Positions 55,956 to 64,000 of a DNA stretch of 64,000 nucleotides are shown one piece after another. The DNA lies in the NCBI GenBank assembly GCA_964466295.1, contig CAYXRC010000007.1:26786-90785 (forward strand), read 5' to 3'. Both the position numbers and the translations under genes were made by a program. The notes beneath the pieces were generated by a model. That model made no database searches. It was given only the letters and a program-made list of their open reading frames with translations, and was not told the DNA's origin. Each line of letters opens with the position of its first letter. Within the stretch, counting starts at the first letter, position 1. The DNA comes from an uncultured Ruminococcus sp. (GTDB lineage: Bacteria; Bacillota; Clostridia; CAKSNL01; HGM11501).

Positions 55956-58493
55956 ATGTTTAAAAAGCTTCTGGCGTTTGCCGCTGCCGCAGCACTTTCG
56001 GTGTCGCTTGTTCCGATATGGGCGGCGGAGGACTTAAGCGATGTGCAAATCAGCGCCGAGGATAGCGAAGCTATAATAAAGTACTCTACTGAAAACGATG
56101 ATACGGTCACATTTAAGGTAACGGATTTTGAAAAATACTGTCTTGATAAGACCGGCGATAATCTGGCGTATGTTAACTTTACCTTGCCGGCCTCCTCCAA
56201 CGGCTCTCTCTGGTACGACTTTGAGGGTGACAAGGAAGAAAAGGTTACGGCAACGACAAAGTATTACAGAAACGCTTCAAGCTCAAGCTACCGTCTTATA
56301 GGGAATGTAACCTTCGTTCCCAAGGCTTCCTTTGTGGGCGAAGCGGAAATTTCCTTTAAGGGATATTCCAACGACAGAACTGCCTTCGAGGGGAAAATAG
56401 TGATAACCGTCAGCGCCGGCGTAAACAAGGGAGATTTGGACAAGCTTACCTATGACCTTGAGCCCGGCGATAAATTGAACATTGACTCATCAGAGATAAA
56501 CAGAGTGTGCAGAAACGCAGGCTTTGTGTTAAGCTACGTAAGATTCGTGCTTCCTGCTGAAAATGTCGGAATATATTATTATGATTATTCCTCGGCGGAT
56601 CGCTATAATACATATGTAAAAGAGTCAACCAAGTATTACAGAAGCTCGTCCGATTCCGGCAATTATCTTATAGATAATGTTACATTGGTAACGTCAAAGG
56701 AAGCAGGGGATACCGCAGAGCTTACATATTACGCATACGACTCTGACGACGAGGAGTACGAGGGCACCATAAAAATAAAGTTTGACAGCGAATCGTCGGA
56801 TATAAACTATTCCACTGGCGGAGAGGTAGTGTTTATAAATCCTGCGGACATAAATAAAATCTGCCTTACTCAGACAGGTGCAAAGCTTTCTTACGTTAAG
56901 TTCACCCTTCCCTCAAAGGGCACGCTTTATTATGACTACGACAACGAGGATGACGCAAGAGCAACAGTTAAGAGCTCTTCAAAATATTACTATAGCAAGT
57001 CGCCCTATCTTTATCTTGTAGGATATGTTCCGGCGGCAAACTATGCCGGCACGGTTTTGATTGATTATGCTGCCTACAATGTAGACGGGGATAGCTGCAA
57101 CGGAAGCATAACCGTCAAGGTAGACACAAAAAATATTGCAGAGGCCGATGATATTACCTATACGGTAAAAAATAATTCCTACATAACCTTTTCATCTGCG
57201 TCCGAGTTTAACTCAGAGTGTAAAAACGCAACGGGTGAAAGGCTTGACTACATACGCTTCGGCACGGTTTCGTCGGGAAATCTTTACTACAAATATTCCT
57301 ACAGCAATGATTCCTATGAGTCAAAGGTAACAAGCTCCGGAAGATATTACTATGAGAGCGGCGACGAATATATAAAGAATGTTTCCTATGTTCCGAAATC
57401 AACCTACACAGGAACGGCGACAATTCAGTATACCGGCTATTCCGTTGAGGGGACAAGCTTTACCGGCAAGATAAAAATTACGGTAAATTCATCAAGCAAT
57501 TCTTCATCATCTTCAAGCGATGACGAGGAAGCGAGCGATATAAAGTATTCCGGTAAGGTCGGCGACAAGATATATTTTGACGGAGCAGACTTTAACGCAG
57601 AGAGCAAGGACCTTTTCGCCTCCACTCTTTCTTATGTTAAATTTAAGCTTCCCTCAAGCTCTTACGGAACGCTTATGTATAACGGCAAGGAGGAAATAGC
57701 CTCCAGCTATAAGTGCTATTACAAAAATGAAGAAATTCTTATTTCCGATATTTGCTTTATACCTGAAAAAACCGGAAAGATAACGATTAGCTATACCGGA
57801 TACTCTGCTGACGGTGATGTGTTTACCGGAAACGTGGTTGTAACAGTTACCGCCAAGGAAGAGGATAAGACTGAAGAAAAGCCGACAACGGGAATGGGCA
57901 ATTTCGGTTATGTTACAAGCTATAAGGATACGCTGTTTGACGATATAGACGAGGATGCATGGTACGGAAATAATCAGACCGGCGCCGTAAAGCAGGCTTA
58001 CAGATACGGCTTTGTACAGGGTAAAGGCAACAAAAAGTTTGACCCCATGGGGAATATAACAATTGCGGAGGCGATTACAATCGCCGCAAGAATTGCCGAT
58101 ATTTATTACGGCGAGGAAACCGAATTTACCTCCGGAAAAACCAACTGGTACGACGATTACGTTAACTATGCGGTGTCTAAGAAAATAATCGGTAGAAACG
58201 ACTTTACAAACTATAATAAAACCGCTACGAGAGCGGAAATGGCATATATATTTGCCAATGTTCTTCCTTTAGAAGAATATAAAGAAATAAATGACATTAC
58301 ATCAATTCCCGATGTTAAGAACGGACTTAAATACTATGATGAAATCATGCTTTTATACAATGCCGGAGTTCTTTCGGGTAACGACAGCACGGGAACATTT
58401 GCTCCGTCAACAAATATAACGAGAGCAGAGGTTTCGGCGATTGTTGTAAGAATAGCAAATCCCGAAGAAAGACGCATAAATAACTTCGACTGA
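55956..58493 (+). CDS. cell-surface (S-layer-associated) protein: signal peptide, five tandem ~115-aa repeats, three C-terminal SLH domains
   Basis: The signal peptide is MFKKLLAFAAAAALSVSLVPIWAAE. Each repeat carries (L/Y)SYV(K/R/N)F(T/V/K)LP...G(T/S/I)L(Y/W)YDY...(K/R)YY...Y(L/R)(I/V)...V.(F/Y)VP...(F/Y).G...I.(F/Y).(G/A)Y...G..F.G.I.I.V. The C-terminal ~200 aa contain three SLH-like segments. Confidence 0.8.
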   Translation: MFKKLLAFAAAAALSVSLVPIWAAEDLSDVQISAEDSEAIIKYSTENDDTVTFKVTDFEKYCLDKTGDNLAYVNFTLPASSNGSLWYDFEGDKEEKVTATTKYYRNASSSSYRLIGNVTFVPKASFVGEAEISFKGYSNDRTAFEGKIVITVSAGVNKGDLDKLTYDLEPGDKLNIDSSEINRVCRNAGFVLSYVRFVLPAENVGIYYYDYSSADRYNTYVKESTKYYRSSSDSGNYLIDNVTLVTSKEAGDTAELTYYAYDSDDEEYEGTIKIKFDSESSDINYSTGGEVVFINPADINKICLTQTGAKLSYVKFTLPSKGTLYYDYDNEDDARATVKSSSKYYYSKSPYLYLVGYVPAANYAGTVLIDYAAYNVDGDSCNGSITVKVDTKNIAEADDITYTVKNNSYITFSSASEFNSECKNATGERLDYIRFGTVSSGNLYYKYSYSNDSYESKVTSSGRYYYESGDEYIKNVSYVPKSTYTGTATIQYTGYSVEGTSFTGKIKITVNSSSNSSSSSSDDEEASDIKYSGKVGDKIYFDGADFNAESKDLFASTLSYVKFKLPSSSYGTLMYNGKEEIASSYKCYYKNEEILISDICFIPEKTGKITISYTGYSADGDVFTGNVVVTVTAKEEDKTEEKPTTGMGNFGYVTSYKDTLFDDIDEDAWYGNNQTGAVKQAYRYGFVQGKGNKKFDPMGNITIAEAITIAARIADIYYGEETEFTSGKTNWYDDYVNYAVSKKIIGRNDFTNYNKTATRAEMAYIFANVLPLEEYKEINDITSIPDVKNGLKYYDEIMLLYNAGVLSGNDSTGTFAPSTNITRAEVSAIVVRIANPEERRINNFD

Positions 58494-58496
58494 TTA

Positions 58497-58530
58497 AATA
58501 CCGGGCAGATATATCTGCCCGGTATTTTTA
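58497..58530 (+). terminator. rho-independent terminator after the SLH protein gene
   Basis: ATACCGGGCAGATAT-ATCTGCCCGGTATTTTTAT. Confidence 0.85.
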
Positions 58531-58595
58531 TATATGAAGGGTTTTCATGGAATTATATTTCTTAAGGACGGTTATAATTATTTTTGGGTGATTTC

Positions 58596-58964
58596 ATGAA
58601 AAAATTATGGATATTTATGTTCGGCGCATATGCCTATTGCTTTATCGAAATTTTGTGGAGAGGAAGAACGCACTGGAGCATGGCATTGGCAGGCGGAGCC
58701 GTGTTTTTAACGCTTTATCTTTTAAGAAAGAGGACGAATATTTTAACTTTTCCGTTTGTTTCCATGGGTGTAATAACCTCTGTCGAGCTTATTTTCGGAG
58801 TAGTATTTAATATTGCATTAAAAATGAACGTCTGGGATTATTCGGCTATGCCGTTAAATTATAAAGGGCAGATATGTCTGCCCTATTCGCTTTTATGGTT
58901 CTCACTTGGATTTCCCTTGTATTATATATGTATATTTTTTAAAAATATTGAAAAATCGGCATAA
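58596..58964 (+). CDS. hypothetical small polytopic membrane protein (4 TM)
   Basis: A 122-aa hydrophobic ORF (MKKLWIFMFGAYAYCFIEILW...). Confidence 0.5.
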   Translation: MKKLWIFMFGAYAYCFIEILWRGRTHWSMALAGGAVFLTLYLLRKRTNILTFPFVSMGVITSVELIFGVVFNIALKMNVWDYSAMPLNYKGQICLPYSLLWFSLGFPLYYICIFFKNIEKSA

Positions 58965-59004
58965 TTCGTGCTATAATAATACTAACCGAAACGGAGGGGA
59001 TTAT

Positions 59005-59835
59005 GTGGAGCTTCATATATCGGTTTACAGTGATGAAATTCGTGAGTATCTTGAAAAGCTTATAAGACTTATCGGCAGAAAATCTCAAAAGCCGCTTTGG
59101 GGCAGAGCTTTTGAAAACTGTATGGACTCTAAAAGTATTTTATATCTTGACCCGGGCGGCGGAATTTATGATTTGGCCTCGGTTTCCAAAACAATCGGAG
59201 CCACATACAGAGAATATATCGTATTTAAGAAGGACGGAAGAAAGGTACATATAATTTCAGATTTAAGCCGGAAAGCGGAGATTGATTACGAGGATATAAA
59301 TAAAGAGCTTGTAATGCGATGCGCCGAGCTTGACGGTGAAATGAGGCGTGGTGTTTTCTCCTTTATAGATCCGGATTTTATGCATACAAGGGCTCATTTT
59401 TCGGAAATCTGCCGAAAAATTAAAGACGCTGTCAAAAATGGCGTCCTTTATGAAAGAATGAACAAGTCCCTGATAAAGCAAGGATGGATAGGTGAAACAG
59501 ATGTATTTATCACCGACGAATTTACAGAAAGCGCAGTATTGATAAGCTTGGCGGAGGAAAACGACCCGATAGTAATACACATGGGCGCACCCGGGAAAGA
59601 GATTTTTGCACCCTTTTCATCTATCATGCTAAGTTGCTTCATGCCTAATAAAAAGGCATACAGAGAAACTCTTTACGCCGTAGCTTTATGGCTTTTGGGT
59701 ATCGGGCTTAAGAGTCAGTCGGAGCATCTTAAAAAAGCCGCAGACAAGTTTGTGTCGCCGGAGGAAATATACAAGGAAATGGAAAAGCCTTTAAGAGAAA
59801 GGGGAAAGAAAAATGGAAAGCAGAATCAGACTTGA
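59005..59835 (+). CDS. hypothetical cytoplasmic protein
   Basis: A GTG start 6 nt after GGAGGGG gives 276 aa. I recognise no domain. Confidence 0.5.
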   Translation: MELHISVYSDEIREYLEKLIRLIGRKSQKPLWGRAFENCMDSKSILYLDPGGGIYDLASVSKTIGATYREYIVFKKDGRKVHIISDLSRKAEIDYEDINKELVMRCAELDGEMRRGVFSFIDPDFMHTRAHFSEICRKIKDAVKNGVLYERMNKSLIKQGWIGETDVFITDEFTESAVLISLAEENDPIVIHMGAPGKEIFAPFSSIMLSCFMPNKKAYRETLYAVALWLLGIGLKSQSEHLKKAADKFVSPEEIYKEMEKPLRERGKKNGKQNQT

Positions 59836-60625
59836 AAGGGATTTTCTTCCGGAGCATACCTTTGACTGCGGTCAGTGCTTCAGGTGGAATAAGGAAGAGG
59901 ACGGCAGCTTTACCGGCGTCGCCCACAAAAAAGCGGTGAATATTTCCTATGACAATAAGGACATTTTGATAAAGGGCGCATCGGAGGAGGATATAAAGGA
60001 AATATGGAGAGAATATTTAGACATAGACCGGGATTATTCAGCGATAAAAAAAGCGGTGTCAATTTCGCCGGTTATGGAAGAGGCGGTTGCTTTCGGGAGC
60101 GGAATAAGGATTTTAAAGCAGGAGTTTTTTGAAGCGCTTTTATCTTTTATAATATCTCAGAGAAACGCTATCCCTAACATAAAGAAATGTGTAGAGAAGC
60201 TTTGCTCCGCATACGGCGAGCCCTTAGAGCTTATGGGAAAAACCTACTATTCCTTTCCCGACCCGGAGGCGCTGTCTGATGTGACTGAGGCTGATTACGC
60301 TTCATTGGGAGTCGGATACCGGGCTAAATATTTAAGGCGTGCGGTTTTGGACATATTAAACGGGAAGATAGACGAGGGCTTTTTAAGAAAGGCGACAACT
60401 AAGGAAGCACGCCGTGCGCTTTTGGAAATTTACGGAGTGGGCAACAAGGTTGCCGACTGTGTGCTTTTATTCGCTCTTTCACGCTTCGATTCTTTTCCGG
60501 TGGACGTATGGATAGATCGTGCGGTTAACGAGAATCTCGGCGGAAAAAAGGGAGAGGAGCTTTTCGGCGAAAATTCGGGCTTTGCACAGCAGTATCTTTT
60601 TTACTGGAAAAGAAGCAACGCATAG
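59813..60625 (+). CDS. ogg: 8-oxoguanine DNA glycosylase / AP lyase (Ogg, HhH-GPD family)
   Basis: It has the HhH-GPD motif with catalytic Lys/Asp (YGVGNKVADCVLLFAL...FPVDVWI). Confidence 0.8.
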   Translation: MESRIRLERDFLPEHTFDCGQCFRWNKEEDGSFTGVAHKKAVNISYDNKDILIKGASEEDIKEIWREYLDIDRDYSAIKKAVSISPVMEEAVAFGSGIRILKQEFFEALLSFIISQRNAIPNIKKCVEKLCSAYGEPLELMGKTYYSFPDPEALSDVTEADYASLGVGYRAKYLRRAVLDILNGKIDEGFLRKATTKEARRALLEIYGVGNKVADCVLLFALSRFDSFPVDVWIDRAVNENLGGKKGEELFGENSGFAQQYLFYWKRSNA

Positions 60626-60629
60626 TTAT

Positions 60630-60665
60630 AAACAGGACATTTTAAGAATGTCCTGTTTTTCTTTT
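60630..60665. terminator. bidirectional terminator between ogg and ylbJ
   Basis: AAACAGGACATT-TTAAGA-ATGTCCTGTTTTTCTTTTT. Confidence 0.8.
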
Positions 60666-61679
60666 TCGGATAAGAAAAAATAATGCTCCCGGACAAAAAA
60701 GCCCCAAGGAAAGAAGAATAACGTGGGCGTGGGTTAAAAAACCCGAAACCTCAAATTTGGAAAAATAAAAGGCAGCGAGCATTGCGGCCACGGAAGAAAA
60801 AGCGCATATAAGCTTTCCCGTTATACACTTTAAAGGAGAAAGTCCGCTGCCGAAAAATACAGACGCCGTCTGCATATGAATACAAAGACCGTTAAAGCCC
60901 AAAATGAAGGATGCGGCGATTAAATCCTTGGGTGTTTTGCCTAAAGAAAATATCCCGCCCACCATTTCAAAAATGCCTTTCAAAACGGCGGAGCCTGTTG
61001 TGTCAAATCCCGAAAAAAGTATGTAGGTTACTGCACGGAACACTATAAAATTTGCCGAAATTGCCGCCATCGCCTTTACGGAAGAGAAGATACAGCCGGG
61101 AAAAACTGCCGTCAACGAGGGAGGAGTAAATTCCGACAGGGATTTTTTAAGAAAGTTTTTTTCAAAGGAATACATTTTTTCTTTAGGTCTTGTAATTATG
61201 CCGGCAACTACCGAGGATAATATGTGGACGGCATACAGTGTAAGACCGATTGAGATGGAGCCGAAAAATTCCTTTCCCACGGCGGATATTACAAACATAA
61301 TTCCTGCGTTATTGCAAAAAACGGGAAGCCTTTCGGCCTCGTCTTTACTTATTTTTTTCTGCTTATAAAGAGAGGCGGCAACTGAGGCACCGGTAGGAAA
61401 GCCGCCTAAGGTCCCTAAAACAAAAGCGGAGGCGGCAGGTACGCTTATATTGAAAACGGGACACAAAAGCGGAGCGAAAACCGAAGAAAGAACGCCGCCG
61501 CAAAACTGTGACAAAAGACTTGAGAAAAATAAAAAAGGGAAAAGGGAGGGAATCAGCGTATTAAGACATATATCAACGCCGCTTTTTACGGCGTCTACGC
61601 AAAGACTGTTTTTAAATGGCAATAGAAACGTAATAAAGCAAATAAGAAAAATATTTATCCAGCCTAATTTTCTATTCAC
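60642..61679 (-). CDS. ylbJ: sporulation integral membrane protein YlbJ-like (two nucleoside-recognition/Gate domains)
   Basis: A 345-aa polytopic membrane protein with a duplicated Gate-like architecture. Confidence 0.6.
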   Translation of the reverse strand: MNRKLGWINIFLICFITFLLPFKNSLCVDAVKSGVDICLNTLIPSLFPFLFFSSLLSQFCGGVLSSVFAPLLCPVFNISVPAASAFVLGTLGGFPTGASVAASLYKQKKISKDEAERLPVFCNNAGIMFVISAVGKEFFGSISIGLTLYAVHILSSVVAGIITRPKEKMYSFEKNFLKKSLSEFTPPSLTAVFPGCIFSSVKAMAAISANFIVFRAVTYILFSGFDTTGSAVLKGIFEMVGGIFSLGKTPKDLIAASFILGFNGLCIHMQTASVFFGSGLSPLKCITGKLICAFSSVAAMLAAFYFSKFEVSGFLTHAHVILLSLGLFCPGALFFLIRKRKTGHS

Positions 61680-61791
61680 TTAAAATAACCCCCTTTTTTA
61701 AGATTTATTCCTCTTTTTATATCTTATGCCGCCTTTTACGGTTATAAGACTAAAGATTCGGCATAAAATTAAACGTGGAGGTGACGCCTTT

Positions 61792-62055
61792 ATGAAGAAA
61801 AAGCAAAAAAACAGCGACGCTCCATCAGAGCTTCCCTGCGCGGTGATGCTGGATGTTCCTTATATATCTATGGCGGGAGATAAGGAGGTAACCGTAGAAA
61901 ATTACCGCGGAATAATTTCCTATGAAAGCTCGGGCGTCAAAATAAATACCAATGACAAAATTATAAAAATAGACGGAGAAAATCTTACGCTTTCTCATAT
62001 TACCGACGAGATAATAAGCGTGTCCGGAAAAATTGTTTCATTAGAATTTATTTAG
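61792..62055 (+). CDS. yqfC: sporulation protein YqfC
   Basis: The start is chosen at MKKKQKN, 8 nt after GGAGGTG (87 aa). It is immediately followed by yqfD and phoH, as in the Bacillus yqfC-yqfD-phoH locus. A CATAAAATTA sigE/sigK-like -10 lies at ~61763-61772. Confidence 0.7.
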   Translation: MKKKQKNSDAPSELPCAVMLDVPYISMAGDKEVTVENYRGIISYESSGVKINTNDKIIKIDGENLTLSHITDEIISVSGKIVSLEFI

Positions 62056-62067
62056 CGAGGTAATTCT

Positions 62068-63243
62068 GTGATTTTAAGAATATTAGGTTATATAAGAGGG
62101 TATCTTGTTATTTTGGTTTCCGGCGAGTTTCCGGAAAGGTTCTTAAATCTGTGCGCCGCCGAGGGAATTTATTTATGGGGAGCCCAAAAAGAAGAAAACG
62201 GCATTTTGTTAAGAACCTCAATTAAAGCGTTTAAGCATATGAGAAAAGCTGCAAAAAAGTCCGGATGCCGTGTAAAAATTCAAAAAAAGTGCGGTCTTTG
62301 GTTTAGAATAGAAAGGTATAAAACGAGAAAGGCTTTAATAATAGGTCTTTTACTGTTTCTCCTTTTTATCGGCGTTTCTGAAAGCTTTATCTGGACAATA
62401 AGAGTGGACGGAAACGAAAATATGACCGATGAAGAAATAAAATTTGTCGCAGAGTATTGCGGTTTGAAGCAAGGTGTGGTAAAATACAAGATAAATAAAA
62501 CAAAATTCCGAGATGACGCCTTAAAGTACGAGCCGCGTCTTTCGTGGATTTATCCCGAAATAAAGGGGACGGTAGCTTACATACACGTCAGAGAAAAAAC
62601 CTTGGCCGCCGCACCCGTCGATGTTAAAAAGCCCTGTAACGTTATCGCAAAAAGAAGCGGCGTTATAAAAAAAATTACGGTAAAGCGAGGGCAAGCTCTT
62701 GTTAAGGAGCAGGATACGGTGACCGAGGGACAGATTTTAATTTCCGGCATAAGCGAAGGGTTTTCTCCCGTTCATGCAGAGGGAGAGGTTACAGCCTCCT
62801 GGTGGGCAGAGGAAAAAATGGAGGTAACAGGCTATAAAGAAACCTCCTATTATACAGGGAAAGAAAAAACAAAATACAGCGTCAATATTTTGGGCTTCGG
62901 AATGAAATTTGCTTTTTCCGACAAAGAGCCCTTTGAAAGCTGTGAAAAAGAAGAGGACGTAAAGGAGCTTAAAATTTTGGGCGACGTTTTTCTTCCGGTT
63001 ACGGTTAAAAAAACAAAATATAAGGAAACATATAAAGTAAAAGATAAAATAACTTTAGACGAGGCTGAAGAGAATGCAAAAAAACAAATGTACTCAGAGT
63101 TTGAAAAAAGCTTAAAGGACGGGGTAACAATAGTAGGTGCGTCCGATACAACGGTAATAAACGGCGAGGGCGCAACCGTTACAATGGTTTTTGAGTGCGA
63201 GGAAAGCATTGCGCTTACCGATTATATTTTTACGGAGGAATAA
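62068..63243 (+). CDS. yqfD: sporulation protein YqfD (stage IV sporulation family)
   Basis: A GTG start and an N-terminal cytoplasmic region. A central TM helix (ALIIGLLLFLLFIGV) follows. 391 aa. Confidence 0.75.
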   Translation: MILRILGYIRGYLVILVSGEFPERFLNLCAAEGIYLWGAQKEENGILLRTSIKAFKHMRKAAKKSGCRVKIQKKCGLWFRIERYKTRKALIIGLLLFLLFIGVSESFIWTIRVDGNENMTDEEIKFVAEYCGLKQGVVKYKINKTKFRDDALKYEPRLSWIYPEIKGTVAYIHVREKTLAAAPVDVKKPCNVIAKRSGVIKKITVKRGQALVKEQDTVTEGQILISGISEGFSPVHAEGEVTASWWAEEKMEVTGYKETSYYTGKEKTKYSVNILGFGMKFAFSDKEPFESCEKEEDVKELKILGDVFLPVTVKKTKYKETYKVKDKITLDEAEENAKKQMYSEFEKSLKDGVTIVGASDTTVINGEGATVTMVFECEESIALTDYIFTEE

Positions 63244-63245
63244 AA

Positions 63246-64000
63246 GTGGTAGAAAAAACATTTCATATTGAAGAGATGTCAAAAATTCCCGAGCTTTTCG
63301 GAAGCTTCGATTTCAACATAAAGCTTGTGGAGCATGAGCTTGACGTTCAGATAATAAACAGGGGCGACGCTCTTAAAATTATGGGCGCCGAGGATAATGT
63401 TTTGGCGGCGTACGATACGGTTTCGGCAATGATGAGCGTTTTAAAAAACGGTGAGCCTCTGACCGAGCAGGGAATAAGATACTGCATATCCATGGCAAAG
63501 GAGGGAAGCGCAAGGTCAATCGTGTCGTTAGGCGGCGACTTTGTATGCATCACCTCCAAGGGAAAGCCCATAAAGGCTAAGACCTTAGGACAAAAGGAAT
63601 ATATAAAGGCGATAGGCGAAAATCCCATATGCTTCGGAATCGGACCGGCAGGAACGGGAAAGACCTTTCTTGCCGTTGCCATGGCGGTTGAAGCCTTCAG
63701 AAAAAAAGAGGTAAGCAGGATAATCCTTACCCGTCCGGCGGTTGAGGCCGGAGAAAAGCTGGGATTTCTGCCCGGCGACCTTCAGATGAAGGTGGATCCT
63801 TATTTAAGACCGCTTTACGACGCTATGTACGAGATGATGGGAGTCGAGGCGTATCAGAAGTATCTGGAACGGGCTCAGATTGAGGTAGCACCCTTAGCCT
63901 ACATGCGCGGACGGACCCTTGACGACGCATTTATAATTTTGGACGAGGCGCAGAACACCACGCCCGAGCAAATGAAAATGTTTCTGACAAGAATAGGCTT
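63246..64000 (+). CDS. phoH: PhoH-like ATPase (3' end lies outside the window)
   Basis: A GTG start 6 nt after GGAGG. Walker A is GPAGTGKTFLAVA. The conserved ...ILTRPAVEAGEKLGFLPGDL... and DEAQN Walker B are present. Confidence 0.9.
   Translation, partial: MVEKTFHIEEMSKIPELFGSFDFNIKLVEHELDVQIINRGDALKIMGAEDNVLAAYDTVSAMMSVLKNGEPLTEQGIRYCISMAKEGSARSIVSLGGDFVCITSKGKPIKAKTLGQKEYIKAIGENPICFGIGPAGTGKTFLAVAMAVEAFRKKEVSRIILTRPAVEAGEKLGFLPGDLQMKVDPYLRPLYDAMYEMMGVEAYQKYLERAQIEVAPLAYMRGRTLDDAFIILDEAQNTTPEQMKMFLTRIG

Noticed and set aside
1-64000. CRISPR arrays, IS elements, integrases or phage genes
   Set aside because: I saw no regularly spaced direct repeats and no transposase, integrase or recombinase ORFs. 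The only repeat structures are short hairpins or terminators and the intragenic protein repeats of the SLH protein.

Overview
This 64-kb window comes from a low-to-moderate-GC Clostridia-type endospore-former. The spore-former call rests on spoIID, ylbJ, yqfC-yqfD-phoH and SLH-domain proteins. It starts inside gyrB and runs through gyrA. Both strands are densely packed with core genes:

- **Translation and housekeeping:** two tRNA genes (Met, Glu), rpmB, acpS, nnr, and a chromosomal ndoAI/ndoA (MazEF-type) toxin-antitoxin pair.
- **Sporulation and secretion:** spoIID-like, queA-tgt-yajC-secD-secF, and ylbJ/yqfC/yqfD/phoH at the right edge.
- **Biosynthetic operons:** argCJBD, hisZGDCBHAFI plus the PHP histidinol phosphatase, nrdDG with a divergent Crp/Fnr regulator, and proBAC.
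- **Regulation:** a WalR/WalK/YycH/YycI two-component module.
- **Other:** dxs-tlyA, galK, rsmI, a yabB-like methyltransferase, and ogg.

The more unusual content is:

- About 680 nt of GC-rich DNA between nrdG and dxs carries no ORF. It lies behind a perfect extended -10 sigma-A promoter and directly upstream of a small four-TM protein. I interpret this as an OLE (ornate large extremophilic) RNA gene with its partner oapA, in the ole-oapA-dxs-tlyA arrangement described for OLE loci.
- A secreted EndA-family nuclease is fused to two copper-amine-oxidase-N-like domains. Its C-terminal Cys motif recurs in a small membrane protein next to gyrA.
- An 845-aa surface protein has five tandem ~115-aa repeats plus SLH domains and is driven by a consensus promoter.
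- A decayed glycoside-hydrolase remnant abuts tRNA-Trp.
- There is a tandem class-II aldolase fusion whose second domain looks catalytically degenerate.
- Several leader-region operator candidates stand out: NrdR boxes, ARG-box-like palindromes, a direct repeat in the his leader, and a perfect 13-bp inverted repeat in the proB leader.

I saw no CRISPR array, IS element or prophage signature.
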